A stretch of 64,000 bases of DNA. It comes from Chthonomonadales bacterium. Lineage in GTDB: Bacteria; Armatimonadota; Chthonomonadetes; Chthonomonadales; CAJBBX01. Positions within the stretch are counted from its first letter, which is position 1, and each line of letters opens with the position of its first letter. The notes under the pieces were generated by a model that worked only from the letters and a program-made list of their open reading frames with translations, was not told the DNA's origin and searched no databases. A program made the translations under genes and the position numbers. This document shows, one piece after another, positions 47,351-58,039 of this stretch. Location of the stretch: the NCBI GenBank assembly GCA_027459625.1, contig DAIDHP010000005.1:130817-194816 (forward strand). The letters run 5' to 3'.

Positions 47351-48379
47351 TCATTTTGCGGAGGCGCGCCTTAATCGATCCCTAACCGCCATCCACTCCT
47401 CTCCATCAGGAGGCATCTCAACGTAAATTTTCAACACTCCCGCCTCATCCAATGTATGCAACGCCGCATAGAGCCTTGATGCATATTTCCGAGCGCTCCC
47501 AGGCATCTCGATGCATACGACATCATCTCGGGAAATGGGCGTGTAAGATTGATACTTCAGTATCCCAATTCTCTCTCCCTGATGCAATTGCAATATCTCT
47601 TTTATGTCGAGTTCCCCCTCCACGCAATCCAAAGGCGCTTGAGGGGAATAGTGTTTTTTCATCATGCCCGGAGACTTCATCGCGCCATCTTTAGCCTGAT
47701 CCCCTGACCCCAAAAGTGCAATCGAACCTATGACACTCTCTATCTCATTGGGGGTTATTACGCCCGGCCTCAATAAAACCGCCGGGTTTCGAGACAAATC
47801 TATCACCGTGGATTCCACGCCCACCAGAGTCGGTCCCCCGTCTATAATCATATCTATTCTTCCGCCGAGGCTCTTCCTAACGTGATCCGCAGTGGTGGGA
47901 GAAAGCCTCATGGATCGATTCGCACTAGGAGCCGCAACAGGGACTTTGGACGCCAAAATCAAGTCATGCGCCACTTGGTGCGAAGGTAATCGAACCGCCA
48001 CGGTTGATCCGCCGCCAGTGACGTTTTCGGGCACGATATCTCTCTTCGGTAAAACCATCGTTAAAGGACCGGGCCAGAATCGCCGGGACAGAAGTTCCGC
48101 CTCATCGCTCCAAGACGCAACGATTTTCTTCGCATCCTCGACGGTCGCCACATGCACGATGAGCGGATTGTTGGAGGGGCGTCCCTTGGCGAGAAATATC
48201 TTCTCAACGGCGTCGATATCCAACGCATTCGCTCCAAGCCCGTAAACCGTCTCGGTGGGGAACGCGACAAGCCCGCCCGACCGTAAAATCTCACTCGCTC
48301 TCGTGATCACCACGGGGTCGGGGTTATCCTTGTTTACTTTTATAATTTCCGTTTTCATCACTTTTTCACTTGGGGACAT
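47351..48379 (-). CDS. sua5: L-threonylcarbamoyladenylate synthase (Sua5/TsaC2)
   Basis: FPTETVYGLGA, KGRPSNNPLIVH, FWPGPLT, AAPSANRS, GVESTV, LRPG, SPGMMKKHYSP plus a Sua5 C-terminal domain. Confidence 0.95.
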   Translation of the reverse strand: MSPSEKVMKTEIIKVNKDNPDPVVITRASEILRSGGLVAFPTETVYGLGANALDIDAVEKIFLAKGRPSNNPLIVHVATVEDAKKIVASWSDEAELLSRRFWPGPLTMVLPKRDIVPENVTGGGSTVAVRLPSHQVAHDLILASKVPVAAPSANRSMRLSPTTADHVRKSLGGRIDMIIDGGPTLVGVESTVIDLSRNPAVLLRPGVITPNEIESVIGSIALLGSGDQAKDGAMKSPGMMKKHYSPQAPLDCVEGELDIKEILQLHQGERIGILKYQSYTPISRDDVVCIEMPGSARKYASRLYAALHTLDEAGVLKIYVEMPPDGEEWMAVRDRLRRASAK

Positions 48380-48570
48380 ATGGAAATTCCGGAACTCCGG
48401 ATCGGGCGTATTTCACTCTCTCCCATCTTCCATAGGCGCATGTCTCTTATGATATAGCTAATATCCGTGACAAGAACGCAGGGATGTTTTTACAAACGCT
48501 CCATGCCGCTTCAATAAATGATTCAATACAGGTAACATTGTATGCATGAGGTCGCAATGAAATAAATCCA

Positions 48571-49662
48571 ATGCCCATCAATCAATCTTGGAGGCGTAAA
48601 CTCATGCAGAAAAAAATCTATCGTTACGGCATCATTGGCACAGGACGAAAACACCGTTCCGAAGGAAGCACCGGTTTTGGAATGGCGCACGAACACATAC
48701 GCGGTTATCAAAGAACCGAAAGGGTGGTTCTTGCAGCCATAGCGGATATCGATCCGGAGGCGGCTAATCTCTTCGTTGCGGAATACTCCCCTCAAAAAGT
48801 ATACTCCGATTACAAGGAGATGCTCGCAAAGGAGAACCTTGATATCGTCAGTGTGACAACTTGGCCGCATCTCCACTCCGAAATGGTGATCGAAGCCGCC
48901 AACGCAGGGGTGAGAGCGATTCACTGCGAAAAGCCGATGGCTGTAACGTGGGGTGAATGCAAACGCATGTACGCATCATGCAAGGAGAAAGGGGTCAACT
49001 TAATCTTCGATCATCAAAGACGTTACCTTGAGCCATTTCAGAGAGCCAGAGAACTGATTCACGAAGGAGCGATAGGGGATTTGGTGCGTTTGGAGGCGAA
49101 TACAGGAGACATGTTTGACTGGGGCACCCATTGGCTGAATATGATGTTTTTTTTCAACAACGAAGTCCCCGCCAGATGGGTGCTGGCGCAGATCGATAGC
49201 CACACAGGCAGAAGAATTTACGGCGCCCCTGCGGAGGATCAGGCCATATGCCAATTCCAATTCGAAAACGGGGTTCGTGGATTGATGATAACCGGCGCTG
49301 ATTCGGATATCGGTTGCGCCATACGAGCCGTAGGTTCCAACGGGATGCTGGAGATTGTATGGGGCGACCCGTCCCTTCGATACATCCGTCGAGGGGATGC
49401 CAATTGGATCGTCGTGCCCACATCCGAAGGAATACACGGCGGAGAGGCAATCTCGCGCGCTGCGGCGGACATGATCAAAAGCATGGATATAGGGGGTTCC
49501 ACCATTTTGTCAGCGGACAGTGTGATTCACTCCACGGAAATCATATTCGCCTGCTATGAATCCAGCCGACGAAGAGGCAGGGTGAATCTGCCGCTTGACA
49601 TAGACGACTCCCCCATTCAGGATATGCTTGATAAGAAATTGATAGGCCCCGAGAGGGCGTGA
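48571..49662 (+). CDS. Gfo/Idh/MocA-family oxidoreductase
   Basis: GIIGTG, DIVSV.T…H, HCEKPMA and DWGTHW. Likely start at ATG 48604. Confidence 0.9.
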   Translation: MPINQSWRRKLMQKKIYRYGIIGTGRKHRSEGSTGFGMAHEHIRGYQRTERVVLAAIADIDPEAANLFVAEYSPQKVYSDYKEMLAKENLDIVSVTTWPHLHSEMVIEAANAGVRAIHCEKPMAVTWGECKRMYASCKEKGVNLIFDHQRRYLEPFQRARELIHEGAIGDLVRLEANTGDMFDWGTHWLNMMFFFNNEVPARWVLAQIDSHTGRRIYGAPAEDQAICQFQFENGVRGLMITGADSDIGCAIRAVGSNGMLEIVWGDPSLRYIRRGDANWIVVPTSEGIHGGEAISRAAADMIKSMDIGGSTILSADSVIHSTEIIFACYESSRRRGRVNLPLDIDDSPIQDMLDKKLIGPERA

Positions 49663-49822
49663 ACATTCGTTTATTTACGATTTATCAGAGTTTATTTTCG
49701 TTTCCTTTCTATTTATGGCGATACGCTTCTCCTTCAGTGTATAATCATATGGAATTGTAAATCATACGCTTGGGTTGAATTGAGAAAAGATATCGCAAGT
49801 ACCGAATGGAGATAAGGAAATA

Positions 49823-51208
49823 ATGGCTGAATATTTCAAAATGCCCATGCTGGGTCAAACAATGGAGGAAGGCACCATTTTGCAATGGTTCAAAAAGGAG
49901 GGGGATGCCGTCAATAAGGGCGAACCTCTGCTTGAGATAACCACCGACAAGGCGAATATCGAGGTTGAGTCGCCTATGGATGGCATATTAAGGAAAATCC
50001 TTCACCCGGTGGATGCCACTGTATCCATCCAAACTCCAATCGCCATCTTAGGAGACGCCGGCGAACCGATTGATGCGCTCATTTCCGGCGAACAAACTTC
50101 AAATATATCCCCCACCCCCTCGGTGACGACGGAAAAAACGTCGACAGTAACATCCAATGTGACCGAATCTGCAGCATCCGCCCCTTCCTCCTCCGCCACG
50201 ATGGCGATATCACCGCGCGCCCAGCGCAGAGCACGCGAGGCGGGTATTGATATCGCCGCGATGGGAATACTCGGATCGGGTCCGCAGGGACGCATCATAG
50301 AGAGAGATATCGTCGCTTTTCTATCCCAGCCTGCAACCGCCGCGCAAGTCCGAATATCTCCTTTGGCGGCTAAAATGGCGGAGGAAAGCAAGGTGAATAT
50401 CGCCGAACTTGCTGCAACAACGGGAGGGCGCAGGATAATGTCGGATGACATCCGGCAAGCCGCCGTGCAAGCGCCCCAAATTCAGCCCGCTCCCGTTCAA
50501 GTGTCTCCAGGTTTAACTGTGGCTTCCGTGATCCCATACAAGGGTATGAAGCGAATCGGAGGTGAAACAGTCTCCAAATCCCGCTCCATTGCCCCGCATG
50601 TCACCGTCTCCATGGAGGCGGATATGACGGAGGCTTCCGCATTCCTGGAGAAAATCCGACCGAATATACAGCGGGAATATAACACTAAGCTCACCTACAC
50701 GGATTTACTCATCATGTGCGTTGCCAAGACGTTGTGGCGTCACCCGTTATGCAACGCCTCGTTAAACGATAAGGAGATTCTCGTTTACGAGGAAAAGAAT
50801 ATAGGTGTGGCGGTGGCGCTGGAGGACGGTCTTATTGTTCCAGTAATCAAACACGCGGATAGGAAAACCCTCGGTCAGATATCCGTCGAATTGAAGGAAC
50901 TTGCCAACCGGTGTCGCACGGGAAAGCAAACCACGGAAGACCTCTCGGATGGAACATTCACGATCACGAATCTAGGCGCGTTCGGTGTTGAGGAGTTCGA
51001 TCCCATCATCGTTCCTCCGCAATCCTGTATCTTAGGCGTTTGCAAAATCCAGAAAAAACCGGTGGTGATAGACGATCAGGTGGCGATACGCCCCATGATG
51101 AATCTATGTCTCTCCTTCGATCACAGAGTTCTGGACGGCGTACCCGCTGCTAAGTTCCTGCAATCCTTGAAGGATACACTGGAATATCCCGTGAGGTTAC
51201 TTATATAA
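49823..51208 (+). CDS. Dihydrolipoamide acyltransferase (E2 of a 2-oxoacid dehydrogenase)
   Basis: Lipoyl domain TTDKANIEV, two peripheral-subunit-binding repeats (ISPRAQR…GSGPQGRI; ISPLAAK…) and catalytic DHRVLDG. Confidence 0.92.
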   Translation: MAEYFKMPMLGQTMEEGTILQWFKKEGDAVNKGEPLLEITTDKANIEVESPMDGILRKILHPVDATVSIQTPIAILGDAGEPIDALISGEQTSNISPTPSVTTEKTSTVTSNVTESAASAPSSSATMAISPRAQRRAREAGIDIAAMGILGSGPQGRIIERDIVAFLSQPATAAQVRISPLAAKMAEESKVNIAELAATTGGRRIMSDDIRQAAVQAPQIQPAPVQVSPGLTVASVIPYKGMKRIGGETVSKSRSIAPHVTVSMEADMTEASAFLEKIRPNIQREYNTKLTYTDLLIMCVAKTLWRHPLCNASLNDKEILVYEEKNIGVAVALEDGLIVPVIKHADRKTLGQISVELKELANRCRTGKQTTEDLSDGTFTITNLGAFGVEEFDPIIVPPQSCILGVCKIQKKPVVIDDQVAIRPMMNLCLSFDHRVLDGVPAAKFLQSLKDTLEYPVRLLI

Positions 51209-51324
51209 CCTTAGATGACATTTCATCAATCAGAGCGATATGGGAAGCTAATTTCGCTGGTGGAAATACCTGATTTTCTAAAATACTAATGTTTTGAGAT
51301 GTTTGCTCCGATAATTCTTGCAAG

Positions 51325-52536
51325 ATGGGAGGAATCAGCATGAAAGAGCAATTATCACAAAATCACATTCAGTTTCCCATATCATCCCTTGGGATGAGCC
51401 TAACGTCCTCCAACGGCATCCGTTTGGTGCAAAAGGAATATCATCCATTATTGTGGTTAACATCGCGAGAGCGCTGTTTCCGCAAAGACGCCATTTATCG
51501 CCATGCGATTAAACTCCAAAAACTTCATCATCCTCTATTCGCCCAAGTGATAGATGTTCGCGAGAAGGAAGATGCGGTTATTGTAATACGAGAGTGGGTG
51601 GAGGGCGAGTCCTATCGCCAATGGATGAATAAGAGAGCGTTTATTAATATCAACGACATAAAGCCGATCCTTTTGGACCTTGCTGACGCGATGAAAGCGG
51701 CGGCGGAATATGAACTGCCCTTTACTCGTATTAGACCCGAAGATATCATTCTTGATCGCGAAGGCAGGGCGATTCTTGTGAATTACGGCTTTGATCGATC
51801 CGCCGGATCATTCCGCGTGAGCAATCTCAACGCGCATTTGACACCTCACCGTTATTCTGATGGTGTTCAATCACTCGCTCTGTTCGCGTATGAATCGCTA
51901 ACTGGATTCATTACAGAGGACACTCCGCTATGCTCCATTCAGACGGAGTATCTGCCCGCCAGAATCAAATACGCGATAGATCAAACCAAACACATGAGTC
52001 ATCCCTCGCCAAAAGCGGTGAATCTATTCGTCGAAAGCCTTTACCCCCCAACTCATCTTGCGCTGTTTCGGATGGCTTGGAAACCCGCAACGGCAATTGG
52101 TTTGTTCGGCGCGTTAGCCACAGTGGGAGGATACGCTTTCTCACAACGAGATACACCACCCCCGCCTCAGCCCATTGTGATTTCTCAACCTGCTCCCTTA
52201 GGTGCGAACTTAAGCCAGGAGGATATCGCATTGCTTCAACTCGCCATACGAAGACAAGGCGTCGCCGCAATGCTTCATCCTGCCATCGCCAATATCTTTC
52301 AACTGTCCCAGGATCAGTATACTGTTATTGAGGAGAGTCTGGCGGCGCAGAGAGATCAAACAGTATACATGATCAATAGTGCGGCATCCGGACAAAACAT
52401 TGATGTAACTAATGAAATGAAAGTGCAGCGGGAGGAGTTGCAAACTCGTATATTAATGATTATGACCCCAAGTCAACGCGCATTATGGGAATCTCTCAGT
52501 TCAGAATCATCCAACGGTGAGGTTCCACCACTATAA
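51325..52536 (+). CDS. Membrane-anchored Ser/Thr pseudokinase
   Basis: Hanks-fold remnants KLHHP.FAQVIDV…IREWVEGES and SLALFAYESLTG, but HRDxKPxN reads FTRIRPED and DFG reads NYG. One TM helix and a helical C-terminal domain. Confidence 0.75.
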   Translation: MGGISMKEQLSQNHIQFPISSLGMSLTSSNGIRLVQKEYHPLLWLTSRERCFRKDAIYRHAIKLQKLHHPLFAQVIDVREKEDAVIVIREWVEGESYRQWMNKRAFININDIKPILLDLADAMKAAAEYELPFTRIRPEDIILDREGRAILVNYGFDRSAGSFRVSNLNAHLTPHRYSDGVQSLALFAYESLTGFITEDTPLCSIQTEYLPARIKYAIDQTKHMSHPSPKAVNLFVESLYPPTHLALFRMAWKPATAIGLFGALATVGGYAFSQRDTPPPPQPIVISQPAPLGANLSQEDIALLQLAIRRQGVAAMLHPAIANIFQLSQDQYTVIEESLAAQRDQTVYMINSAASGQNIDVTNEMKVQREELQTRILMIMTPSQRALWESLSSESSNGEVPPL

Positions 52537-52567
52537 TCCTCAAAAACAGTCATGAAGGGAGCATGAA

Positions 52568-53149
52568 ATGAATCAAGATGAAAATCATTTGTCTGTGGAA
52601 TTTCCTCGCACGGTGCGAGGATACTCAACCACCTCGGTCGATGAATTTGTCAAAGACATGGGGAATAGATTATCCGCATTGCAAGAGGAATTGAACAAAC
52701 GGGATCAGGCATGTGAAAAAATACAATGCGAATTGAATGATACTCGCAAACAATTGGATGATTACAAGTTCAAGGAAGGCGCCATAGCCAATGCAATGGT
52801 GGCTTTACAGCAACAACGCATATCCATGGAATCGGATATGGATCACCTTCGAAAGTGCGCCGATCAAGATGCGGAGCAGGTCCGGTCTGCGGCGCGAACC
52901 GAAGCGGACTCAATGCTTGCCGATGTTGAAAGAAAAGCCGAGGAGATGGTGTTGCAGGCGAAGGCGAAATGTGACGAACAAGAAGAGAAATATCGTCAAT
53001 TATGCGACAGTTTCATGATCACCGCCAATAGAATTCGCAAAACATTGGAGGCTCAAATGGCGCTTCTGCCTGACAGCAATTCGGAATTGCCTGAATTTGG
53101 AATTTCCGCCATCGCCTCGGATGTGGAATCCATCAACCAAGCGGCGTGA
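52568..53149 (+). CDS. DivIVA-domain protein
   Basis: N-terminal EFPRTVRGYSTTSVDEFV followed by long coiled coils. Confidence 0.85.
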   Translation: MNQDENHLSVEFPRTVRGYSTTSVDEFVKDMGNRLSALQEELNKRDQACEKIQCELNDTRKQLDDYKFKEGAIANAMVALQQQRISMESDMDHLRKCADQDAEQVRSAARTEADSMLADVERKAEEMVLQAKAKCDEQEEKYRQLCDSFMITANRIRKTLEAQMALLPDSNSELPEFGISAIASDVESINQAA

Positions 53150-53188
53150 ATGCTCTTTTGAACCACCTCATGATGGCTTCATGTTTCA

Positions 53189-53221
53189 AGGGACGCTTAC
53201 TAATGATAAGAGAGCGTCCCT
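53189..53221. terminator. Stem-loop between the convergent DivIVA and copA genes
   Basis: 9-bp IR AGGGACGCT / AGCGTCCCT. Confidence 0.5.
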
Positions 53222-53229
53222 GATATTGT

Positions 53230-55398
53230 TTATTCTCGGAATTTTTTTAATCTCAGAGAATTTGTCACAACCGATACGGAAGAGAAAGCCATGGCGGCGG
53301 CGGCTATCATAGGATTCAACTTGCCCGTCGCGGCAAGGGGAATCCCGATCACGTTGTATATGAACGCCCAGAACAGATTCATTTTCACCGTGCGTAGAGT
53401 CGCCCGTGAGAGTTTCACTGCGGACGGAACTCCTCTTAAATCCGAACGGAGCAGTGTGATATCCGCAGTCTCTATGGCGATATCCGTCCCCGATCCGATC
53501 GCAATGCCAAGATCGGATTGCGCCAGAGCCGGCGCATCGTTGATTCCATCCCCCACCATTGCAATCACATGCCCTGCGGATTGATACTTCTCAACCAATT
53601 TCACCTTGTCACTCGGCAAAACTTTCGCGGCAACCTCTGTAATGCCCGCCTTTTGGGCGATCGCCTCTGCGGTAATTCTATTATCACCGGTTGCCATCAC
53701 GACATTCAATCCCATTCTTTTCAAGCTCTCAATCGCCACAGAGCTATTTGGGACTATGGTATCCGCCACCGCCAATACGCCAATGCACGCATCGTTCCTC
53801 GACACACACATTATCGTTTTGCCTTGCTCCTCCCACATTTGTTTTCGCTCCAACAAGGGGGCGGAAATGGAAACATGAGCTTCCTTCATCATCTCTTCGT
53901 TGCCGACCAATATCATCTCGCCAGACACACATCCTTGAATGCCCATGCCAACACGCGCTTGAATATTTTCCGCCGGTAATAAATTCAGTTTGCGCTTCTC
54001 AACCTCTCGGATCAACGCCTGACTCAGTGGATGCTCGGATTGCTTCTCAACCGATCCGGCGTATTTCATGAGATCATCCTCGCTCACCAGCGGCGTCGTG
54101 TAAACGTCCGTGATTGATGGTTCTCCTTTGGTGATCGTGCCGGTCTTATCAAAAAGGATCGTATCGATTCTCCCCGCCTGTTCAAGTACTGCGCCATCTT
54201 TAATCAGGATGCCCAATTCCGCACCGCGCCCCGTTCCAGCCATGATAGCGGTGGGCGTAGCTAGTCCCATGGCGCAGGGACAGGCGATCACCAATGTGGA
54301 TATGGTCGGCATCATGGCGTTTGTGATATCTACGCCAAAAATGTATTTCCAAATAACAAAGGTAAGGGCGGCGAGCGCCAGCACTACGGGAACAAAAACA
54401 GACGCCACCTTATCCGCCAAGCGCTGCACGGGAGCCTTCGACCCCTGCGCTCTCTCCACCATTTGCACGATTTGAGCGAGCACTGTTTCATTCCCAATAT
54501 GAGTGGCGCGATAAATAATTGAGCCCATCTGATTGATAGTGGCGCCATAGACCGTATCGCCCGGCTTTCTTGTTACAGGCATGCTCTCCCCTGTAAGCAT
54601 ACTTTCATCAATCGATGTCAGCCCCTCGATAATCTGTCCGTCAGTGGCGATTCGCTCTCCCGGACGCGCAATCACTTCATCCCCAATTCGAATATCCTTG
54701 GTTTCAATCTCCGTTTCAACTCCATCTCTACGCACCAATGCCTTATCCGGGGCGAGCTTCATTAACTTTCTTATCGCATCCGAAGCACTGGATCTAGCTC
54801 CCGCCTCCAGATACTTACCAACTAGAATAAGTGTAATGATGCTTGCAGAGGATTCGAACCAAACCTCATTCACACCACGAAGAATATTGACAAGGCTGTA
54901 GAAGAACGCTGCGCTGGATCCCAAAGCTACAAGGGTGTTCATATCCGCTGAGCCATGTCGTAAAGTTTTCCAAGTTCCTCTGTAAAAAGTGGCTCCCGCC
55001 CAGAACTGCACAGGGATGGCAAGAAGCAGGAGAAGAATATTCACTTCGGAAGGGTGCGGCATCCAAAACATATTTATAGCGACAATCGGTATGGACAGGA
55101 TCACCGCCACCTGTAATCGTTTTTTGAAATCCTCCATCCGATGTTTTGTTTCCAATTCGGTTTGAGCGAACTCCTCCTCCTTAAATTCACTCGCATCATA
55201 TCCGGCGATATCCACAGCGTCGAGCAAACTGGATAAATCCGCCGTTGAGGGATCATACATCACCGTCGCACGTTCCGTGGCGAGGTTTACATTGGCGTTA
55301 GTCACCCCCGGTACTCTCTTCAAAGCGTTTTCCACTCGCGCCACGCAAGAGGCGCAAGTCATTCCTCTTATGTTAAGTTCGGTTCTCTGCTTACTCAT
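53230..55398 (-). CDS. copA: Copper-translocating P1B-type ATPase
   Basis: GMTCASC HMA domain, TGES, CPC, DKTGT, HP, GDGIND, YN and MAFSS. Confidence 0.93.
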   Translation of the reverse strand: MSKQRTELNIRGMTCASCVARVENALKRVPGVTNANVNLATERATVMYDPSTADLSSLLDAVDIAGYDASEFKEEEFAQTELETKHRMEDFKKRLQVAVILSIPIVAINMFWMPHPSEVNILLLLLAIPVQFWAGATFYRGTWKTLRHGSADMNTLVALGSSAAFFYSLVNILRGVNEVWFESSASIITLILVGKYLEAGARSSASDAIRKLMKLAPDKALVRRDGVETEIETKDIRIGDEVIARPGERIATDGQIIEGLTSIDESMLTGESMPVTRKPGDTVYGATINQMGSIIYRATHIGNETVLAQIVQMVERAQGSKAPVQRLADKVASVFVPVVLALAALTFVIWKYIFGVDITNAMMPTISTLVIACPCAMGLATPTAIMAGTGRGAELGILIKDGAVLEQAGRIDTILFDKTGTITKGEPSITDVYTTPLVSEDDLMKYAGSVEKQSEHPLSQALIREVEKRKLNLLPAENIQARVGMGIQGCVSGEMILVGNEEMMKEAHVSISAPLLERKQMWEEQGKTIMCVSRNDACIGVLAVADTIVPNSSVAIESLKRMGLNVVMATGDNRITAEAIAQKAGITEVAAKVLPSDKVKLVEKYQSAGHVIAMVGDGINDAPALAQSDLGIAIGSGTDIAIETADITLLRSDLRGVPSAVKLSRATLRTVKMNLFWAFIYNVIGIPLAATGKLNPMIAAAAMAFSSVSVVTNSLRLKKFRE

Positions 55399-55536
55399 TG
55401 TGATATTTTCCTAACCCTTTAACCGCGCATACAAATAAAAAGGAATACGCCGCCGCAGCGAATGGCAAGGATGTGATAAGCGGTAAACGAAACATTCCCG
55501 CACACGCATGGGCATATTAACAGTCTGTGTGATATC

Positions 55537-56016
55537 CTAGTTTTTCGCATACTCTTCGGCTATGGTGAATACACTCTCGATGAGTGCGTCCCACATCCAG
55601 TAGAGCCTCCGCACATTTTCGAGCGGACACTGGATGGTCCCCAAAGATTCGCTTCCCTCAGGAACATCCCCATAATTCGTCAATTTGACAAAATAGGTTG
55701 GGACCGTCGCGTAATCTCCGGATTCCTCTCGCACAAGGTAATACCCCATGTATCGTAGATCCTCCGGAAGAATGCGAGCCCCTATTTCCTCCCACGTTTC
55801 GCGCACCGCCGTGTCATCAGGCGTTTCGCCAGCCTCTATTCTCCCGCTTGGCACTGTCCACCCTCTACGGGGTATATTTGCCAATATATATTCACTCCCT
55901 AATTTCGCGAAAACAATTACCGCCCAGGCTCGATAAGGAGTGGCTGAATAGGTCTCTTTGTGAAAGGAGGGATGCATTATTTCCCAGTCCTCAATCGATT
56001 CGATTCCAGTCTTCAT
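55537..56016 (-). CDS. Nudix hydrolase
   Basis: Nudix box G.IEAGETPDDTAVRETWEEIG. Confidence 0.9.
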   Translation of the reverse strand: MKTGIESIEDWEIMHPSFHKETYSATPYRAWAVIVFAKLGSEYILANIPRRGWTVPSGRIEAGETPDDTAVRETWEEIGARILPEDLRYMGYYLVREESGDYATVPTYFVKLTNYGDVPEGSESLGTIQCPLENVRRLYWMWDALIESVFTIAEEYAKN

Positions 56017-56460
56017 GAATTACACCCATAATATGGAAAGATACATCATCAGGATGCATCATACAGATAGAAAGGATACCATCTCAGGAATGTGCTCTCC
56101 AAACCTCCATCCGTTTTTTATTCCGGCTGGAACACATCTCACTGAAGGATCGTATCAATGCTATTGCATCTCAAAAGCATGTGTTATTTTCACGCCAATC
56201 CAAAACGATATAAAATGAATGAATCTTTCCATTCGTTTACTTATACATACGTTTTTTTTGTTATCTGAAAATCCGCATGTTATTCGATAATAGTTGGTAT
56301 ACTGTATGCAAAGGAAATTAACTATACCCATCCTATAATCTAGGGTGGCTTCGCATTCAAGTGAGCGGGTTTCTGCCTTGACGTAAGATACGCCCTGCTG
56401 GACTACAGCATGCTTAACTCTTCTTCGCATGGCAGCGCCCCGTTGGAGGTAAATTCAATC

Positions 56461-57972
56461 ATGCGTCTTTATGGCTCCTCTCCCTTGCACAATTATGTCG
56501 AACTGATCTTTCGTTGTAAGAGATTGTTCATCGTTTCCATTGTTCTTGGAACAGTTCTTACCAGTTTGATCGTGGCATTGCGCGCCAATAAATACGAGGC
56601 TTCCATCATAGTCGCCCTCACAGGCAACCCGGAATTAAGCCAAGACCTAACGAACCCCAAACAGGAGGTTCAACTCCAGGACAACGTGAAACGCAAAGCC
56701 AATCGTCTCACCCTCTGGGTGGAGGAGACCCCCGATTTCCTCCAAGAGGTGATACGGAACGCCAACATAGACCGCGACCATCCCAACGTGCCTATGGACA
56801 CACTCATCAAAGAGGTCCGCGCCGCGATCACTCCTCCAACCCTCCTGAATGATCAATACATGAAGGTTTCCATCATTTGGGATAACCAACAAGAAGCGAA
56901 CGCCATCATGCAGGCTCTCTATAGCCGCTTCGCGGATCGCACCGTCGCCACTGAAACGATGGCGATCACCGATAAGCGCCAAGTGTTGGAGGAGGAATAC
57001 AAACGATTCGACGCCGACGCCAACAAAAAAGCGGAGTTGCGGATGGAATATTTGCGCGACCACTATTGGCAAATGCCTACATTGCTAACGAGCGAAATGA
57101 CCAGCCTTGATGACACACAACGCCAAATCGCATCCTTAAACGTGGACATATCCGAAACCCAAGTACGGCTTCAGGATATCAATCGCCAATTGGCGCAAAC
57201 CCCTCGTAACATCGTGGAGAGCACATCCGTAACATCGCATCAAACGGATCCCGCGCTGGCTCTCGTGGCGCAAAAGCAGGATTTGGAAATTCAGCTAAAG
57301 CAATTGGAAAACATATACAGTCCATTGCACCCCAAAGTTCAAGCAATGCTGAAAAACATCGCAGCTATTGATCAGCAGATCAAGGAGGCGAGACAGAAGC
57401 CCGCTCGCGCAACGGAGGTTTCCAACACCACTCAAAATACCATCAACCCTGTCTGGAGCGATCTGCAGCAGCAAAAAAGTACGTTGAATATCCAGATGAT
57501 GGCGGAACGGCAGCGATTGGCGGATTTGAATAATCAGATCGTAGTGCACGAAGACAGAGTCAAACAGATGCCGGTTGAGGAGGTCGCATACGATAAGATT
57601 GAACGCGATTACATGCTGGCGAACAATATCCGAAACAACACCCAGGCGGAATTGAAAGCCGCACAAATCGATGAAGAGCGTGACCGCATCACATCATCTC
57701 AATCCGTTAATCTCATCGTGAAACCCAGCGCCACAGCGGTTGATTCCAAAAGCAAAAAGGTATTGCTCTATATTTTGGGGCCAATTATTGGACTCCTCGT
57801 CGGCTTTTGCTTCTCACTAGCCTTGGAGGCTATGGATCATTCATTGCGCACACCCGTTGAAGTGGAGAGTTATCTCGGAAAACCAGTGCTTGCAGTCATA
57901 CCGAAAATACAGGAATCAAAAGAGTCCATTAAGCGGATTGGAGGTGCATCCAATCAACAGCTTCCCTCCTGA
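56461..57972 (+). CDS. Polysaccharide co-polymerase (Wzc/GumC membrane part)
   Basis: Two TM helices flank a long coiled coil; YSPLHPKV and C-terminal DHSLRTPVEVESYLGKPVLAVIP. ATG at 56461 preferred. Confidence 0.88.
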   Translation: MRLYGSSPLHNYVELIFRCKRLFIVSIVLGTVLTSLIVALRANKYEASIIVALTGNPELSQDLTNPKQEVQLQDNVKRKANRLTLWVEETPDFLQEVIRNANIDRDHPNVPMDTLIKEVRAAITPPTLLNDQYMKVSIIWDNQQEANAIMQALYSRFADRTVATETMAITDKRQVLEEEYKRFDADANKKAELRMEYLRDHYWQMPTLLTSEMTSLDDTQRQIASLNVDISETQVRLQDINRQLAQTPRNIVESTSVTSHQTDPALALVAQKQDLEIQLKQLENIYSPLHPKVQAMLKNIAAIDQQIKEARQKPARATEVSNTTQNTINPVWSDLQQQKSTLNIQMMAERQRLADLNNQIVVHEDRVKQMPVEEVAYDKIERDYMLANNIRNNTQAELKAAQIDEERDRITSSQSVNLIVKPSATAVDSKSKKVLLYILGPIIGLLVGFCFSLALEAMDHSLRTPVEVESYLGKPVLAVIPKIQESKESIKRIGGASNQQLPS

Positions 57973-58039
57973 AAGAAGAGAAGCCAATCATCATGATTTA
58001 TCCTGATGAAAGTATAGGAGAAGGGTCATAATACATATT

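Noticed and set aside
55399-55536. CsoR/CueR/CopY operator upstream of copA
   Set aside because: No TACC…GGTA, ACCT…AGGT or TACA-NN-TGTA type palindrome is visible.
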